From Felis catus (taxonomy: Eukaryota): DNA of 64,000 bases. This document shows positions 25,706 through 39,981 of this stretch, piece by piece (position 1 is the stretch's first letter; the number at the start of each line of letters is the position of its first letter). The stretch spans positions 10,664,001 to 10,728,000 of the forward strand of contig NC_058368.1 in assembly GCF_018350175.1 (NCBI RefSeq), written 5' to 3'. The notes below the pieces were generated by a model, which searched no databases, was not told where the DNA came from, and saw only the letters and a program-made list of their open reading frames with translations. Made by a program: the position numbers and the translations under genes.

Positions 25706-27026
25706 GTCCACACAGGGATGCTCCTTGATTGTTTGGCTCTGGTGATCAAGGGGCATGCATTCCTGCGTCTCCTGGGACTGTAAGAACCAGAGAGAAAGCT
25801 CTCGCCAGGCTACCATCCCTGGGGCACTGCACAGACAGCAGACTCCCAGTCTTTCCACAAAAAAGGCCTATTTACTTGTCCTGAAGCTTCAACAGGCTTT
25901 AGGGGTACCACACATCTAGAGGCTATGGAGGTATCCTCAAAAAACACAGGCCAGGGGGTGACATGTTTGTGCTCAACCTCAGACTTACTACAGCGCAGCA
26001 GTACCTCCCAGAAAGGAGCTTATAAACTTGACTGAAGTCCCAGTTTTTACAAGTGTTGCCCAAGGTACATCTCCAGACCACCTATTTGGAGATGTGCAGC
26101 ATTTACAATTACAGTCCCATACAAATATAGTTATTTGCAAACTTTAAGGCCTGCTGCCTGAGGGACTGGCTTCCAATAAATGTGAAACAAGGGGCTGGAT
26201 AAGATGCCTCCATTTGGAACACTGGCAGGTCTTGGCACACCCTCAACAGCTAGAATCTATAAAGAAGAAATCAGGCTTCATAGATAACTACAAAGATTTT
26301 GGAGACAACAAAGAGTAAGGACAAGCTTAAATGATAAATTTTATCTCCTGTACATGGCCATTCCTTCAAGAACAGGAGGGGTAACTATTTTACCTACTAC
26401 ATAGAAGAAAACACAGAGAGTCAAGAAAAATAAGGAAACAGAGGAATATGTTTCAAAAATATGAAGATAAAACATCAGAAAAAAATCTTAATGAAATAGA
26501 GTAAATAATTTACCTGACAGAGATAAAACTAATGGTCATAAAGATGCTCCCTGAATTTTGGAGAAGAATGGATGAACACAGTGAGAATTCAACAAAGAAA
26601 ATATTAGAAAGTACCAAACAGAAATCACAGAGATGAAGAATATAATAACTTAACTGAAAAATATACTAGAAGGGTTCATCAGCAGACTAGATGAAGCAAA
26701 ACAAATGATCACCAAGCTAGACACAGGGCAATAGAACTTACTCGTCGAGTGGAGCAGCAAAAAGAAAAAAGAATTTTTAAAAAATGAAGATAGCTTAAAG
26801 CACCTATGGGAAAACATCAATGAATTAACATTTGCAAGATCTGTCATTAGGGTCCCAGAAAGAGAATAGAGAAAAAACGGGACAGAAAACTTATTTAAAG
26901 AAATAATAGCTAAAACATTCCCTAAGTTGGGGAAGGAAACAGACATCCAGATCCAAGAAGCCCAGAGAATTCAAAGTAAGATAAACTCCAAGTGATCTAC
27001 ACAAAGAGACATAATTAAAAAGTTAT

Positions 27027-27230
27027 GGGGTGCCTGGGTAGCTCAGTCGGTTGAGTGTCTGACTTCGGCTCAGGTCATGATCTCATGGTTCGTGGGTTCA
27101 AGCCCCACATCAGTCTCTGTGCTGACAGCTCAGAGCCTGGTGCCTGCTTTGGATTCTGTCTCTCTGTCTCTGCCCCTCCCCTGCTCATGCTCTGTCTCTC
27201 AAAAATAAATAAACGTTAAAATTTTTTTTC
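27027..27230 (+). mobile_element. CAN-SINE in L1 #1 ORF1
   Basis: SINE body; flanked by AAAAGTTA. Confidence 0.93.
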
Positions 27231-27239
27231 AAAAGTTAA

Positions 27240-27470
27240 GGGGTACCTGGGTGGTACAGTTGGTTAAGTGTCCAACTCTTGATCTCAGCTCAGGTCATGA
27301 CATCACAGTTCATGAGTTTGAACCCTCATTGGGTTCTGCACTGATGGAGTGGAGTCAGCTTGGGATTTTCTCTCTCCCTCTTTCTCTGCCTCTCCCCTGC
27401 TTGTGGTCTCTCTCTCTGTCTTTCTGTGTCTCTTTCAAAATAAATAAGTAAACTTAAAAAAATTTAAGTT
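27240..27470 (+). mobile_element. CAN-SINE (different subfamily) in tandem with the previous one
   Basis: SINE body; flanked by AAAAGTTAA. Confidence 0.9.
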
Positions 27471-27581
27471 AAAAGTTAAATATGAAAAGCTTAAAAGCAG
27501 TAAGAGAAAAACAACTTGTTACATACAAGGAAACCTCCATAAGACTATCAGGTGATTTTTCAGTAGAAACTTATCAGGCCA

Positions 27582-27806
27582 GGGGCGCCTGGGTGGCGCA
27601 GTCAGTTAAGCTTCTGACTTCAGCCAGGTCACAATCTCACGGTCCGTGAGTTCGAGCCCCGCGTCAGGCTCTGGGCTGATGGCTCAGAGCCTGGAGCCTG
27701 TTTCCGATTCTGTGTCTCCCTCTCTCTCTGCCCCTCCCCCATTCATGCTCTGTCTCTCTCTGTCCCAAAAATAAATAAACATTGAAAAAAAAATTAAAAA
27801 AAAAAA
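27582..27806 (+). mobile_element. Young CAN-SINE
   Basis: Perfect TSD AAACTTATCAGGCCA. Confidence 0.97.
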
Positions 27807-28273
27807 AAACTTATCAGGCCATGTAGGAGTAGCATGATACACAGTATTTAAAGGAAAAGCTCCCAACCAAGAATAGTCTACTCAGCAAGGTTATCATTCA
27901 TAATTGAAGAGTTTTCTGAAGAAGCAAAAGCTAAAGGAATTTATCACCACTAAACCCAGCCTTATAGGAAATGGTAAAGAGACTTCTTTATGCTCTAAAA
28001 AATGGGCACTAATTAGTAATAAGAAAACATATGAAAGTATAATTCTCACTGGTAAAGGTAAATATGTAGTAAAGGCAGTGGACTCACCATTTATAAAACT
28101 AGGATGACAGTTAAAAGACAAAAGTATTAAAATAACTATACAATAATTAGTTAAGGGACATATAAAATAAAAAGATGTAAAATAGGACACAAAATATAAA
28201 ACATGGTGGGAAGAGTAAAAATGTAGTATTTTAGAATGTGCTCAAATTAAGTTGCTATCAACTTAAAATACAC

Positions 28274-28276
<3 letters not shown>

Positions 28277-28326
<50 letters not shown>
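28277..28326. repeat. (TA)n microsatellite, ~25 units
   Basis: Direct reading. Confidence 0.97.
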
Positions 28327-28329
<3 letters not shown>

Positions 28330-31300
28330 GCTCTTATATGTGATCCTCATAGTAACTACAGTGTAACAACCAATAGTAGACAAAAAAAAGATAATGAGAA
28401 AGAAATCTAAGCATAATACGAACGAGTGTCATCAAACCATAAGAGAAGACAGCAAGAGAAGAAGGAACAGAAAGGAACTACAAAACAGCCAGAACACAAT
28501 AGACAAAATAGCAGAAGTACTAACCTATGTAGAATTACTTTAAATGTAAATGAAATAATTCTTTAATCAAAAGACATAAAGCGGCTGAATGGATTTTAAC
28601 AAGACCTATCAATATGCTGCCTACAAGAGACTCACTTCAGATGTAAAGATACATATGAACTGAAGACGAAGGGATGGAAAAAGCTGTTTCATGCAAATGG
28701 AAACCAAAAGAAAGCTGGGACAGCTCTACTTACGTCAGAGGAAATAGACTTTAAAACAAAGACTATAGTAAGAGACAAATATGGGTGTTACATACTGATA
28801 AAAGGGTCAATCCAACAAGAGGATAAAACATTTGTAAATATGCACCCAACATAGAAGCACCTAACTATAGAAAGCAAATATTAATAGAACGAAAAGAAGA
28901 AATTTATAGTAATACAATAACAGTAGGGGACTCTAATGACACACTTACATCAATAGATAATCTAGTCAGAAAATCAATAAGGAAACATTGGCCTTAAAGG
29001 GCACATTAGACCAGATGGACTTAGGATAGATCATGTTAGGTCAAAAACAAGTCACAATAAACTCAAGTAGAATGAAATTGTATCAAGCATCTTTTGTGAC
29101 CACAATGATATGAAACTGGAAATTAATTATAAGAAGAATATTGGAAAAAACACAAACATACATAGACTAAACAATATGCCACTAAATAGTCAATAGGTCA
29201 ACAAAGAAATAAAAAAGGAAATAAAAATAATATTTTGAGACAAATGAAAATAGAAACACAACTTTCCAAAATCTAGAAGATGTAGCAAGAGCAGTTATAA
29301 GATGTAAATTCATAGTGATACAGGCCTACCATAAAAAATAAGAAAAATCTCAAATAAACAATCTAATGTCACATCTATAGGAACTAGGAAAAGAAGAACA
29401 AACTAAGTCAAGTCAGTAGAAGAGAGAAAATAGTAAAGATCAAGCAGAAATAAATGAAAATGATTAATAAAACAACAGAAAAGATCAATAAAACCAGGAG
29501 CTGGTTTTTTGAACAGATAAACAAAATTGGTAAACTTTTAGCCACACTTACATGGAAAAAAGAGAGGAGTCAAATAAATAACATCAGAAATGAAAGAGGA
29601 GTAGTAGCAATCAACACCACAGAAATACAAAGAATTATGATACTGCAAAAAACTATATGCCAACAAACTGGACAACCTAGGAGAAATAAATTCTTAGAAA
29701 CATAAAATCTTCTGAAATTGAGTCAAGAAGAAGTAGACAATCTGAACAAGTCAATTACTAGTAATGAAATTGAATCAAAGACTTAATATCTATTCTTCTC
29801 AAACTCTTCCAAAAAATAGAAGAGAAATGAAAACTTGCAAATTAATTCTATGTGTCCAGCATTATCCTGATACAAAACCAGGCAAAGACACTACAGAAAA
29901 AAAAATTTTTAAAGGAAAAGAAAAAATAAAACTACAGGCCAACATTCCTGATGAACATAAATGTAAAAATCCTCAACAAAATATTAGCAAACTGAATTCA
30001 ACAATGAAAATAAAAAGATGATTCACTATAATCAAATGGGTTTTATCCCAGGGATGCAAGGGTGGTCCAATATCCATAAATCAATGAATGCCATACATCA
30101 CATTGACAAAATGAAGGTTAAAAACCATATGATCATCTCAATAAATGCAGAGAAAACATTTAAGAAGTTCATCTGTTGATGATAAAAACTCTCAACAAAG
30201 TGGGTTTAAAGGGAGAAAAGCTCAACATAATAAAGGTCATATATGGCAAAACCCACAACTAATATCATGCTCCATGGTGAAAAACTGAAAACTTTTTCTC
30301 TAATATCAAGAATAAGATAAGAAACATAATAGTAGAAGTCTAGCTGTATCAATCAGACAAGAAAAAGAAGTAGCAGTCATCCAAATCAAAAGAAAAAATA
30401 AAACTGTCACTATTAGCAGATGACATAATATTATATATAGAAAACCTTGAAGACTCCACCAAAAAACTAATAGACCTACTAAATGATTTCAGTCAATTAA
30501 GTAAAGTAATACATAGAAATGTGTTATATTTCTATATAGTAATAATGAAGTAGCAGAAACATTAAGAAAACAATACCGCTTACTATTACATCAAAAAGAA
30601 TAAAACACCTAGAAATATATTTAATCTAGGAGATGAGAGACCTATACTCTGAAAACTATAAGACATTGATGAAAGAAACTGGAGATGACACAAACAAATG
30701 GAAATATCTATCATGCTTTTGGACTAATATTGTTACAATGTCAATACAACTCAAAGCAATCTACAGATTCAATGCAATGCCTATAAAAATCAACAATAGT
30801 ATTTTTAACACAATTAGAACAAATAATCCTATAATTGGTATGGAACCACAAAAGACGCCAAATAGCCCAAGTGGCCTTAAGAAAGTAGAAAAAAGCTGGA
30901 AGTATCACAATCCCACATTTCAGATATACTACAAAGCCATAGTAATAAAAAGTGTATGGTACAAGCACAATCGTGGACATATAGATCAACAGAACAGAGA
31001 TCCCAGTCATAGATCCATATGTATGTGGTCGACTAATCTACAACAAAAGAGGCAAGATTATACAATGGGGAAAAGACGGTGTCTTTAATTTCCTTGGAAA
31101 TACTGGGCAGCTACAATCAAAATAATGAAACTGGCCTACTATCTTATACCAGATACAAAAATAAATTTCAAATGAATTAAAGACTTCAATGTAAAACTTA
31201 AAACTACTAAATCTAGAAGAAAGCACAGGCAGTAAGTTCTCTGAATTGATACTAGCATTATTTAAGGTGAACAGTCTCTTCAGGCAATGACAACAAAAGC

Positions 31301-31953
31301 TAAAATAAACAAATGGGATTAAAGTAGAAAACTTTGTCGTAGTGAAAGAAACAATCAACGAAACCAAAGGCAACCTACGCAATGGAAGAAAATACCTGCA
31401 AATTACATATCCGATAGTGGATTAATATATAAAATACATGAAGAATAAATACAACTCAAAAGAAGAAAAACAAACAATCTGATTTAAAAATGGGTAGGAT
31501 ATCTGAATAGACATTTTTCCAACAAAGACACACAAGATGGTCAATAAGTACATGAAATGATGCTCATAATCACTAATCATCAGGGAAATAAAAACCAAGA
31601 TTAAAGTGAGATAATACCTCACACCTGTTAGAATGGCTATTATCAGAAAGACAAAAAAAGAAATAACAAGTCTTGTGGAGTATAGGGAATGCTTGTGCAT
31701 GGTAGGTGGGATGTAAATTCAGGCAGCCACTATGGAAAACAGTATGGAGGGTCCTCAAAAAATTAAAAATAGAAATACCATATAATATAGTAATTCCACT
31801 TCTGGGTATTTATCTGAAAAAAAGCAAAAACACTAACTGGACAAAATAGATGCATTTCTATATTCACTGCAGGATTATTTACAATATTCAAGATATGGGA
31901 GCTGGAAACAAGTGCCCATTGATGGACAAATGATTAAAGAAGGTGTGGGATGT

Positions 31954-31978
31954 ACACACACACACACACACACACACA
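31954..31978. repeat. (CA)n microsatellite
   Basis: Direct reading. Confidence 0.9.
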
Positions 31979-34900
31979 ATGGAATAGTACTCAGTTTAAA
32001 AAAAACCAAAATGCTGCCATTTTTGATAACATGGATTTTGAAAGTATGCTAAGTTAAATAAGTCGAAGACAAATGTCATATGATTACACTTATATGTGGA
32101 ATCTAAAAAGCAAAACAAAGAACAAACAAAATGAAAAAAAGCAATACTCAGATATATTGTACAGAATAGTATTTTCCAGAGTGGAGAAGGGTTGGGAAAG
32201 TGGGTAAAATGGGTGGAGTCAAGAGGTATAAACTTTCCATTATAAAATAATAATTCATGAGGAGAGGAGATGGCGGCAGTGGAGTAGGAAGACCCTAGGC
32301 TTACCTTGTCCCACAAATACAAATAGATAATTATCATATCATCCTAAAACCCCCAGAAATCAACCTGAAGACTGGCAACACAAACTCTACAACTAAAGGT
32401 TGAGAAGAGGCCACATTGAAGAAGGTAGGAAATGTGGAGGCAAGGTTTGGGAGAGAAACAGATTGTGGCCATTGAGGTGGGGAGGTAACCATGGGTGAGG
32501 AAAAGGGCAAGAAACAGACTACCATATAGGGGAGCACACAGGGAAGAGGAATCCCCACAGAAACTGGCTTGGAAAGCAAGAGGGCCCATATTCCATTAGT
32601 TCTTGCAACCGGTGGGACTTAAAGCCTGGCGTTTTAAAGGTCAGCATGCTTAGCTCTAAGACGGCTCGGAGGACACTGGGACTGCTCTTGGAGAAAAGGG
32701 AGGGCAAACAGCCTATAGACATACAGCATAGAAACAGCAATCTGAAGGGTACCTGGGGCACAGACTGGGGAGGTTAGTTGCTCATTTCAGAGTACATCCC
32801 AGAGAGGCAGTGTTCACAGAGAGACCTCTCCAGGAATAAAGAACTGGCAGATGTCATTTCCCTCCCCTGCCCCTCAGCATAAGCACAGGGCCTCCTGCAA
32901 GAAGTTGCACAGCGCCAACACTCACTACTTAACTTTCTTACATCAAGTCCCAACCTTGCACACTGGAAGCACCACCTTCTCAGTCACGCCTGCCTCAGTT
33001 CCAGTGAGTCAGGCCTTCTCTCCCAGAAAATCAGCCCAAATCCCTGCCAATACTGAATCTCTTGACCAGGGAGTTTTGGGAAGCCTTGGTTCTGGGGGCA
33101 GCAGTGACAGGTCTCATTTCATAAGCAGACCATAGCACAACTAGCTAAAACTTGCCACATTCAAGACAGGGGCCCCACGATTCCCACAACTGGCAAAGAG
33201 AGCCTCTGCAGATGGCTGGCCTGAAGGATAAAATGGCCAGGACACAATAGCAGAGTGCAAGCAGCACACACTGGACGCTCCTGGAAGCGCCAGGCCCTGG
33301 GGAGCAGGGGACACTACACCAAGGGCACTACAGGACATCTTCTTCATAAAGTCATAGCCATCAAGAACAGAAGATGTAGCTGGCTTTCCTAGCATACAGG
33401 AACATGCACAGAGACTTAGACAAAATGAGAAGACAGAGGAATTTGTCCAAATGACAGAACAGGACAAGGCCATGGCCAGTGGTCTAAGAAAAACAGGTAT
33501 AAGTAACATACCTGAAGGAGAATTTAAAGAAGTGATCATAAGGATACTCATTGGACTTGAGAAAAGAATAGGGGACATCAGTAAGATCATTAACACAGAG
33601 ATAAGGAATAACATAGCAGAGATAAAGGGCTCAATAAACAAAATGAGAAATGCCTTTGATGGAATGAACAGTAGGCTGGAAGAAGCAGAGGAATGAATTA
33701 ATGACCTAGAAGACAGAGCAATGGAAAGTAGTCAAGGTGAACAAAAGATGGAAAAAATAATTATGCAAAACAAGAATAGACTTAGGAAACTCAGTGGCTC
33801 CAAATGTAATAACATTCATATTATAGCAGTCCCAGAAGAAAAAGAAGAGAGAAAAGGGGGAAGATAATTTATTTCAAGAAATAATAGCCGAAAATTTTCT
33901 TAATATGCGATAGGAAACATATCCAGATCCAGGAGGCACAGAGAATCCCCAAGAAAATCAACAGAAGCAGTTCCACACCAAGACATATTGTAACTAAAAT
34001 GGCAAAATATAGTGGCAGAGAAAAAAATATTAAAAGCAGCAAGAGAAAAAGAAGACAGTTATATACAAAAGAAATTCCATAAAGCTATCAGTGAATTTTC
34101 AGCAGAAACTTTCCAACCCAGAAGCAGTGGCAGGATATATTAAAGTGCTAAATGGGAAAAATCTGCAGCCAAAAATATTCTATCCAGTGAGGTTATCCTT
34201 CAGAATAGAAGATAAGAGTTTCCCAGACAAACAAAAACTAAAGCACTTCATGACCACTAAACAAGTCCTGCAAGAAATATTATAGGGGAATTTGAATACC
34301 AAGAAAAGACCAAAAATGACAGTATGAAGGTAGGAAACATAAAAGCAGTAAAAATTAATATTTCAGTAAAAAAATCAGTCAAGGAACTCCCAACATACAA
34401 GGCTGTAAAATATGACACCATATACCTAAAATGTGGGGAGGAGAAAGGTAAAGAATGGGTTGCAATTTAAGTGAACATCAACTTAATAGAGACTGCTATA
34501 TGCAGAAGATGTTCTATACAAACCTAATGTTAACCACAAATAAAAAAAAACTAATATATATGCAAAGAATGAAGAGAAAGAAATCCAACTATATCACTAA
34601 AGAAAGCCAGGAAACCATGAAAGAGAGCAAAACAAGAAAGGATCAGAGCCAATCTTTAGAAACAGTCACAAAACTAATAATAAAATGTGAATAAATGCAT
34701 GCCTGTCAATAATTACTTTCATTGTAAATGGACTGAAACACCAACCAAAAGACATAGGGTGACAGAATGGATCAAAAACAAGACTCATCTATTTGCTGCT
34801 TACAAGAGACACTTTTTAGACCTAGACAACATGCAGATTGAAAGTGAGGGTACAGAGAAACATTTATCACGCAAATGGTTGTCAAAGGAAAATCAAAGTA

Positions 34901-37900
34901 GCGATACTTGTATCAGACAAAACAGACTTTAAGACAAAGACTGTAACAAGAGACAAAGAAGGACATTAAATAATAATAAAGGGGACAATCCAAAAAGAAG
35001 ATAAAACAATTATAAGTATTTATGCACCCAACATGAAAGCACCAAGACACATAAAACAATTAATAACAAACATAAGGGAAGTAACTGATAACAATACAAT
35101 AAAATTAGGGGATTTTAACACCCCACTTATATCAAAAGATAGATCATCTAAACAGAATATCAATAAGGAAACAGTGTCTTTGAATGACACACTTGACTAG
35201 GTGGGTTTAATAGATATATCCAGAACATTCCATCCTAAAACATCAGAGTACACATTCTTTTCAAGTATACATGGAACATTCTACAGAAGAGATCACGTGT
35301 TATCCCTCAAAACAATCCTTAACAAATTAGAAGACTGAAATATTACACACCTTTTCTGACCACGGTGCAGTGAAACTAGAAGTCATACACAAGAAAAAAT
35401 CTGGAAAGACTACAAATAAATGGGAGTTAAATGCCATGCTACTAAACAATGAATGGGTCAAAAGAATAAATAAAAAACTACATGGAAACAAATGAAAATG
35501 AAATCACAACAATCCAAAACATATGGGATGAAGCAAAAGTGGTTCTAAGAGGGAAGTTCATAGCAATACAGGTCTACTTCAAGAAGCAAGAAAAATCTCT
35601 AACAACCTAACTTATGCCTAAAGAAGCTAGAAAAAGAGCAACAAAAAAACTTAAAACCAACAGAAGGAAGGAAATAATAAAGTTTAGAGAAGTAAATGAT
35701 ACAGAAACTAAAAAAAATAATAGATCAATGAAGCCAGGAACTGCTTCTTTGAAAAAAATCAATAAAATTGACAGCATCTAGCCAGACTTCTCAAGAAAAA
35801 AGGAAAATGGACCCAAATAAATAAAATCACAAATGAGAAAGGAGAAATAACAACAAATACCACATGAATACAAACAATTATAAAAGAATATTATGAAAAA
35901 CTGCATGCCAACAAATTGGGCAGTTTGGAAGAAATGGATAAATTCCTGTAAACATACAACATACAACCTACCAAAACTGAAACAGGAAGAAATAGAAAGT
36001 TTGAACAGAAAAATTACCAGCAAAGAAACAGAATCAGTAATCAAAAAACTCCTAACAAACACAAGTTTAGGAACAGATGACCACATAGATGAATTATACC
36101 AAACATTTAAAGAAGAGTTAAAACCTCTTCTTCTCAAACTATCCAAAAAAATAGAAAAGGAAGGAAAACTTATAATTCATTCTATGAGGCCAGCACTACC
36201 CTGATACCAAAACCAGATAAAGATACCAGACCAAAAAAAAAAGAGAACTACAGACCAATATCTCTGATGAACTCAGATGCAAAAATCCTTAACAAAATAC
36301 TAGCAAAACGAAGCTAACAATATATTTAAAAAATCATTCACCATGACCAAGTGGGATTTATTCCTGAGCTGCAAGTATGGCTGTGGCTCAATATCCACAA
36401 ATCAATCAACATGATACATCACATAAATAAGAGAAAGGAGAAGAACCATATGATCATTTCAAGAGACACAGAAAAGCATTTGACAAGTTAAAACATCCAT
36501 TCATGACAAAAGCCTTCAAAAAGTAGATTTACAGGGGATATGCCTCAATACAATAAAGACCATATATGAACAACCCACAGCTACCATCATCCTTAATAAG
36601 GAAAAACTGAGAGCCTTTCCCCTAAGGGCAGGAACAACACAAAGATACCCACTCTCACCACTTTTATTCAACATAATACTGGAAGCCCTAACCATGACAC
36701 TCAAATAAAAAGAAATAAAAGACATCCAAATCAGTAAGGAAGAAGTAAAAGTTTTGCTACTTGCAGATGACATGATAATATATATAGAAAATCTGAAAGA
36801 TTCCACCCAAAAAACTGTTAGATCTGTTAGACGAATTCAGTAAAGTTGCAGGATACAAAGTCAATCTACAAAAATATGTTACATTTCTATGCATCAATAA
36901 TGAAACAGCAGAAAGAGAAATGAAGAAAACCCCAATACAATTGTAAATAATAAGATACCTGGAAATAAACCTAACCAAAGAGATTAATGACCTGTACTCT
37001 GGAAACTATAAAATACTGATGAAAGAAATTGAAGATGACACAAATAGAAAGATTCCATTGTCATGGGTTGGAAGAACAAATATTATTAAAATTTCTATAC
37101 TACCCAAAGAAATCTACATATTTAATGCAATCCTTATCAAAATACCAATAGCATTTTTCACAGAACTAGAGCAAACTGTCTTAAAAATTTGTTTGGAAAC
37201 ACAAAAGTCTGAATAGCCAAAGCAATCTTGAAAAAGAAAAGCAAAGCTGAAAACATCACCATCCTAGACTTCAAGTTATATTACAAAGCTGTAGTAATCA
37301 AAACAGTATGGTATTGAAAAAAAAGAGACACATAAACCAATGGAACAGAATAGAAAACTCAGAAATAAACCCACAATTAAATGGTTTATTAATCTTCAAC
37401 AAAGCAGGAAAGGAGATCCAATGGCAAAAGACAGTCTCTTCAAAAATGGTGCTGGGAAAGTCCTAGCCTCAGCAATCAGACAACGAAAAGAAATCCAAAT
37501 CAGCAAGGAGGAAGTCAAACTTTTACTCTTTGCAGATGACACATACTCTATGTGAAAAACCTGAAAGACTCCATCAAAAAACTGTTAGAACTGATACATG
37601 AATTCAGCAAAGTCACAGGATTTAAAATCAATTTACAGTGACATTTCTATACACAAATAATAAAGCAACAGAAAGAGAAATCAAGGAATTGATCCCATTT
37701 ATCCTTGCACCAAAAACCATAAAATACCTAAGAACAAACCTTACCAAAGATGTAAAAGATCCGTGTGCTGAAAACAATAGAAAGCTTATAAAGAAACTGA
37801 AGAAGACAGAAAGAAATGGAAAAACATTCCATGCTCATGGATTGGAAGAATATTGTTAAAATTTCCATCCTACTCAAAGCAATCTATACATCCAATGCAA

Positions 37901-38465
37901 TCCCCTTCAAAATAATACCAGCATTCTTTACAGAACGAGAACAAACAATTCTAAAATTTGTATGGAAAGACCCCCAATAGCCAAAGCAATCCTGAAAAAG
38001 AATACCAAAACTGGAGGCATCACAATTCCAGATTTAAGCTGTATTACAAAGCTGTAATCATCAAGACAGTATAGTACTGGCACTAAAACAGACACATAGA
38101 TCAATGAAACAGAATAGAGAACCCAGAAATGGTCCCACAAATGTATGGCCAACTAATCCTTGACAAATCAGAGAAGATTATCCAATGGAAAAAAAGACAG
38201 TCTGTTCAGCAAATGGTGTTACAAAAACTGGACAGAGATATGCAGAAGAAGCTGGACCATTCTCTTACACCATACACAAAAATAAACTCAAGATGGATGA
38301 AAGACTTAAATGTAAGACAGGAAACCATCAAAATCCTAGAGGAGAAAACAGGCAGCAACCTCTTTGACCTCAGCTGCAGGAACTTCTTACCAGACATGTC
38401 TCTGGAGGCAAGGGAAGCAAAAGCAAAAATGAACTATTGGAACCTCACCAAGATAAAAAGCTTCT

Positions 38466-38680
38466 GGGGCACCTGGGTGGCTCAGTTGGTTAAGCATCCG
38501 ACTTCAGCTCAGGTCATGATCTCACAGCTTATGAGTTTCAGCACTGTTCAGGCTCTGTGCCGATAGCTCAGAGCCTGGAGCCTGGTTTGGATTTGTGTTT
38601 CCCTCTCTCTCTGCCCCTCCCCAGCTCACACTCTGCCTCTCTCCCTCAAAAATAAACATTTTTTAAAATTAAGAAAAAAA
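38466..38680 (+). mobile_element. CAN-SINE in L1 #3
   Basis: TSD core AAGATAAAAAGC. Confidence 0.93.
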
Positions 38681-38944
38681 GATAAAAAGCACAGTGAAGG
38701 AAACAATAATCAAAGCTAAAAGGCAGCCTACCAAATGGAAGAAGATATTTGCAAATGACATGTCAGATAAAAGGTTAGTATCCAAAATCTGTAAAGAAAT
38801 CATCAAACTCAACACCCAAAAAACAAATTATCCAGTAAATAAATGGGCAGAGGACATGAACAGTTTTCCAAAGGCATCCAGATGGCCAATCAGAGAAAGT
38901 CAGATGATTTCACTCATATGTGGAATTTAGGAAACAAAACAGAT

Positions 38945-39163
38945 GGGAGTGCTGGGTGGCTCAGTCGATCAAGCATCCCACTTCAGCTCAGGTCATGATC
39001 TCAAAGCTCCTGGGTTTGAAACCTATGTTTGGCTCTGCCGACAGCTCAGAGTTCAGAGCCTGGAGCCTGCTTCTGATTCTGTGTCTGCCTCTCTCTCTGC
39101 CCCTCCCCTGCTCACACTCTGTCTTTCTCTCTCAAAAATGAATAAGCTTAAAAAAATAAAAGA
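38945..39163 (+). mobile_element. CAN-SINE in L1 #3 3'UTR
   Basis: TSD GAAACAAAACAGATG. Confidence 0.93.
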
Positions 39164-39772
39164 AGAAACAAAACAGATGAACATAGGGGAAGGGAAGGAA
39201 AAATAAAATAAAAACAGCGAAGCAGGCAAACCATAAGAAACTCTTAGATACAGATAACAGACTAAGGTGGGTAGGGGGATGGGCTAAATGAGTGATGGGT
39301 ACTAAGGAGGTCACTTGTTTGGATGAGCACTGGGTGTTCTGTGTAAGTGATGGATCACTAAATTCTACTCCCAAAACTATTATTATATTATATGTTAACT
39401 AACTTTGATTTAAATAAAATTTAAAAAAAAGAACTGATCCAACTCAACAGCCAAAAATCAAATAATCCAGTTAAAAAATGGGCAGAAGACATGAACAGAC
39501 ATGTCTCCAAAGAGGACACACAGATGACCAACAGATACATGAAAAGATGCTCATTATCACTTATCATTAGGGAAATGCAAATTAAATTACAATGAGATAT
39601 CACCTCACACCTGTCAGAATGGCTAAAATCAACAACATAAGAAACAACGGGTGTTGGTGAGGCTGTGGAGAAAAAGGGACCCTCCTGCACTATTGGTGGG
39701 AAGGCAAACTACTGCGGCCACTCTTGAAAACATTATGGAGGTTCTTCAAAAAGTTTAAAATAGAACCACCTT

Positions 39773-39981
39773 GGGGTGCCTGGGTGGCTCAGTCAGTTGA
39801 GCAACCAACTCTTGATTTCAACTCAGGTCATGAGCCCAGGGTTATGGCATCAAGCCCCACATCAGACTCTGCTGAGTGTGGAGCCTGCTTCGAATTCTCC
39901 CTCTCCCTCTGCCCTGCTTGTGTGCATGTGCTCATCGGCATGCTGTCTTTCTCTCATATAAATAAAAAAAATCTGAAAACA
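39773..39981 (+). mobile_element. CAN-SINE in L1 #2
   Basis: TSD AAAATAGAAC(C/T)ACCTT. Confidence 0.9.

Larger units (their letters stand above)
37461..39430 (+). mobile_element. L1 #3: 5'-truncated carnivore L1 nested in L1 #2 ORF2, with ~0.5 kb internal deletion
   Basis: Sequence jumps back to the RT domain (VLASAIRQ...LLLFADD), runs to its own 3'UTR and A tail at ~39425, then L1 #2 resumes. Confidence 0.85.

Noticed and set aside
33141..33641. 166-aa hydrophobic minus-strand ORF resembling a membrane protein
   Set aside because: Antisense of A-rich L1 5'UTR/ORF1; T-rich codons give hydrophobic residues automatically.
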